Below are positions 60,510 to 64,000 of a DNA stretch of 64,000 nucleotides, one piece after another. The DNA is taken from positions 124,001 to 188,000 of the forward strand of contig CBFDEM010000047.1 in the NCBI GenBank assembly GCA_965603825.1, in the 5' to 3' direction. This stretch comes from Blepharisma stoltei ATCC 30299. Its lineage: Eukaryota; Protista; Ciliophora. Below the pieces are notes generated by a model, which made no database searches, was not told the origin of the DNA, and was given only the letters and a program-made list of their open reading frames with translations. A program made the translations under genes and the position numbers. Position 1 is the first letter of the stretch. Each line of letters opens with the position of its first letter.

Positions 60510-61922
60510 ATGAAATTAATTCTCCTCTGGCTGCCAATCACTATTTTTGCTGAATTCAATGCAATGAATATTGCATTTAGAGAAGATTTCCTGCAAAATA
60601 TATACACTCATGCTTTGGAGTCCTGACCAAATTACATTATTAATACTGATTTAGAAGATATCATTATTCAAACTGAAGATCCTAATTATCCAACAGCAAA
60701 GTTCTCAAATATAATATTAACAGACATCTCTTTAAATTATTCTTCACCAATTACAATTAAAGAGTCTGATGTTATAGAGCTTTCAATAAATGATGTCAAC
60801 GCTTTCTTTGATTCCAATTTAACACTTCAAGGAGGTGAAACCCCGCTTGAGAATCCTTGCAAACTCGAAATAAATGAAACTGATATCACGATTTATATAT
60901 TTATCTTCATGGGAAATGATGGTGAAGCAGTTGTCGGGGTTAAAAATTCTTTAGCAAATATAGGGAATATTTCTCTTATGAACACCTTAAATGAGACAAT
61001 AAATGAAGCCATATGAAAAGGGCTTCAAAAGGAAATTGCAATTTTCGAAAAAGAGATTATCGGGCTATTTGAAAAATATGTTATTGAATGGAATCATTAT
61101 TTATCACAACGCCCATATAAAACACCATTAAAAGACCTTGGAATTGTCGTTGATACCCATCTCGCTCACAATGCAACAACTACGAACAATTATTTGTCAC
61201 TTCCCCTTATAGGCACAGTTCTTAATGCAAAAACTGGGTTGCCTATCCTTAACTATACTTCTTCAACTCTTCCAAGCTCAAGCCAGCGCCAATTTCCAAT
61301 TCAGCTATTTTTATCTGATTATTTTGTGAATTCTGCTCTTATTCAATGGTGAATCAATTTATCTGTTGATCTTTTAACACTTCCCCCTAATTTCCCATTT
61401 AAACTAACCACAAACGGCTTAGCATTTTTTGTTCCACAATTGCAGCTTACTTATGGAAAAAATAAGCCAGTTTATATACAATTTACTGCGGACCCAGAAA
61501 ATCCTATCCCTTCTTTTACAACAAATAACGCAGTTTATTTTCAAGGCTACATACAGATGATTTTCTGGGTTCAAATACAGAAATCTTGGGTTCGTGCTTT
61601 TAATATGCAGGTTTTGACAAATGCAGTGTTTCCTTTATCTATTGTGAACACAACTGCTACTTATAAAATTAATAGCCTGCAGGCGAGTAAAATTTCTGTG
61701 ACTGACTCAAATGTTGGAACAATAAACACGCTATTGACTGCGAATGTTCTGAATAATGTTTTTCAAATATTGATTCCTTTTATAAACTTGCAGTATGACC
61801 AGATGAATGTGAAAATACCGGATCTTGAGCATTATAAAATTCAAGGGGATATAGTGAATGTATATAAAGGATATACTGAAATTGACTATTTTCTTATTCC
61901 TATCATACAAAATAAATTTTAA
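60510..61922 (+). CDS. secreted BPI/LBP/CETP (TULIP)-like lipid-binding protein (three UGA-Trp)
   Basis: Signal peptide MKLILLWLPITIFA; ~470 aa; IQLFLSDYFVNSAL resembles the start of the BPI C-terminal domain; TGA at 60624, 61014 and 61350. Confidence 0.72.
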
Positions 61923-61964
61923 TAAAAATGTTCTATTGAAAAAAATTTTAATAAGTATCTTTAA

Positions 61965-63509
61965 TTACTTTTTATTTAAAAATGATGTTAATATATCAAT
62001 AATTTCATTTACTTGAATAAGTCCATCTTTGAACACTTCCTTAAGTCTTTCTCTTTTCAAGTTAAATTTTAGATCAAAACACTCATAATTTTTGAAGTCT
62101 TTTAATGCATCTACGTTCTTTTTTAAAACTTGCTGGAATAAAGCATGAATTCTTTTATATTTTCCAGGCAAAAAATCACATATAAAATCAATTTTTGCTG
62201 GCTTTTTAGAGCACTTGTAAATTAGATTTGATGCGATACAAATCCAGGTCTGAAAATCAATGGTCTTTTCAATGCCAAAATATTCAAATAAAATTTGCTG
62301 CATAATCTGAGGCATTTTTTGAAAAAAATCATAAGAAGCAAGCAAATAACTAACAGCAATTGTATGCTGCTCATTTTCGCCATTTTTCCAATACGTATCT
62401 TCCTTCATTGAAAATCCTTTCTTTTCGCTCGAAGAAACCATTACCAGGATTTTATATTCATTAGAAATTTTTTGATAATCTCTTATATTAAGCCCATATC
62501 TTCTCAAAAAATTTTCTACCGCTTCAGGAGGCCCACTAAGCCTGCTTTGTCTTCTTTGGCGACTTGTTTGAGATTTTAATTGAATCTGATTTAATTTGTG
62601 ACTAAAATTCTTTTTTTCCTCTTCTATTTCGTCTGACCCGCTGCTGAAATTTATTTCATCAATATTTTCCGAAACGATAGGGTTTGACTTTTTTATAGGC
62701 GAAACACTTTTAGACCTTTTATACTCATTAAGTGGCATCAGCTCAAAGTTTGTATCTTCTACTTCAACTTTTCTGCAGGTTTCCATGAACTTTGCAGAAT
62801 ATTTTTGGTTTCTTTCTTCAATGGCTTCAATTTTTGATTTATCGCTGGGCATGGAGAGCTTGTCACCTTTAAGCAGTCTTGAAAGGATTGGTATTGGGTA
62901 ATCTCTGATTAGAGATTCAATACTTTCGTATTTGTGCTTATCTGCTATATATTTGTCTAATTTCATGCTTGGCTTTTCGCTGAGCTTTTGTGTGGGGAAG
63001 TTAGTTGAAGTTGAAACTGCAGTGCTTTTGCTTGATTTTCTCATCATAGCTGGCATTGAAGTTAAAAACAGCCCACATCCGACACCTTCTAAATTTTCAG
63101 ATTCTGAAACTACAAGGTCAGTCACATAGTCAGGGACTTGGGCAAATGATTTTATTCGTTTTCCAGTTATCAAATAAATATAATTAAGATTTTCAATACC
63201 AGTAATTTTTCTTGAAGCTTTTAGCAGGTTGCTAATTTTGCAACAAACTCCTTGAACACGTTCATTGGACTCATACTTTTTTGCAAACTCCTTTTTAGGG
63301 ATCGGAAGCATAAAATTAGATGGATCGTGGATATAGCCTTTGTCTGGAATTATTCGAATCATTCGAATATGATCAGGATGGCAACGAGGTAGATTAGACT
63401 TATGCTCAATTTTTGAGTAAGGTAAATACAGTGGATCGCCTTCAGGCTGGCTTTTTAAATAATTTTGATATTGAACTTCTTTACTTGTTTGTCTTCTATT
63501 TATTTTCAT
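61965..63509 (-). CDS. hypothetical protein with a possible doublecortin-like domain
   Basis: Long ORF with ATG at 63509; LNYIYLITGKRIKSFAQV...LVVSESE resembles a DCX domain. Confidence 0.72.
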   Translation of the reverse strand: MKINRRQTSKEVQYQNYLKSQPEGDPLYLPYSKIEHKSNLPRCHPDHIRMIRIIPDKGYIHDPSNFMLPIPKKEFAKKYESNERVQGVCCKISNLLKASRKITGIENLNYIYLITGKRIKSFAQVPDYVTDLVVSESENLEGVGCGLFLTSMPAMMRKSSKSTAVSTSTNFPTQKLSEKPSMKLDKYIADKHKYESIESLIRDYPIPILSRLLKGDKLSMPSDKSKIEAIEERNQKYSAKFMETCRKVEVEDTNFELMPLNEYKRSKSVSPIKKSNPIVSENIDEINFSSGSDEIEEEKKNFSHKLNQIQLKSQTSRQRRQSRLSGPPEAVENFLRRYGLNIRDYQKISNEYKILVMVSSSEKKGFSMKEDTYWKNGENEQHTIAVSYLLASYDFFQKMPQIMQQILFEYFGIEKTIDFQTWICIASNLIYKCSKKPAKIDFICDFLPGKYKRIHALFQQVLKKNVDALKDFKNYECFDLKFNLKRERLKEVFKDGLIQVNEIIDILTSFLNKK

Positions 63510-63698
63510 GCTCAAAAAGATATTTTATCACTATATATGAGAAATCTTAATATAAAAACAAATACTGTTATAGTGCCACGTGCGATAAAGCAGAAAAATT
63601 GCTAATATTGTAATTAATAATCTTATTATGCATCAATTTCAGAATTAAAATCTTATGAGACATCAATTATTATAATTCTTGTACGAAAATTTCTTGTT

Positions 63699-64000
63699 TT
63701 AAATTTTAGCCATGCTTGTATAAAAATTTACAGCTGACTTCAGTGTCGGTCGCCTTGGTTTTGACTTTTTTATTACTTCATTGTACTCTTGTGCAGATGA
63801 GCAAGGATCACATGCCAAGTGGCAGCAAATATCCCCGAGCAAGCTCCCATCAATATCATAAAACTCCCTAATATGTTGTCTGTTTAATCCTGAACCTATA
63901 CAGCATAGAAAAATACTATAGGCAAATGCTTCATAGAAATGTTCATTATTTTGGGTAATTGAAACAGCTTTAGCTTGTATACACGCAGGACCACATGGGC
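63699..64000 (-). CDS. PLAC8-family protein, 5' end outside the window
   Basis: PCGPACIQAKAV...CCIGSGLNRQHIREFYDIDGSLLGDICCHLACDPCSSAQEY. Confidence 0.88.
   Translation of the reverse strand, partial: PCGPACIQAKAVSITQNNEHFYEAFAYSIFLCCIGSGLNRQHIREFYDIDGSLLGDICCHLACDPCSSAQEYNEVIKKSKPRRPTLKSAVNFYTSMAKI

Overview
This is AT-rich, gene-dense eukaryotic DNA, most consistent with the somatic (macronuclear) genome of a heterotrich ciliate of the Blepharisma type. Two features explain why the supplied ORF track is fragmented. First, in-frame TGA codons repeatedly align with Trp in paralogues and conserved motifs, while genes end in TAA or TAG (UGA=Trp). Second, at least ten 15-16-nt spliceosomal introns are present, all starting GTAA, ending YAG, with an A at position 10. 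After recoding, about 45 compact genes tile the window, including PSMA7, EFHB, a CDPK, a DUSP, UBTD, two PLAC8, ABCG, an NRF-6-like acyltransferase, bL35m, a DHHC-like protein, DPH7 and a BPI/LBP-like protein. The most notable region is a tandem array (34.2-46.5 kb) of four Sen1/Upf1-type SF1B helicases. All four start Met-Gly (candidate myristoylation), have unrelated low-complexity N-termini and share a TTCGGGAA motif about 45-50 nt upstream. Three of the four carry a single, different lesion: an IES-like ~222-nt insert, an in-frame TAA, or a 1-nt deletion. Also notable are a GC-rich, multi-hairpin intergenic segment at ~16.05-16.4 kb (candidate unannotated ncRNA) and an ABCG gene whose Q-loop region is replaced by a ~100-nt AT-rich segment. 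All assignments come from manual reading; no searches were run.
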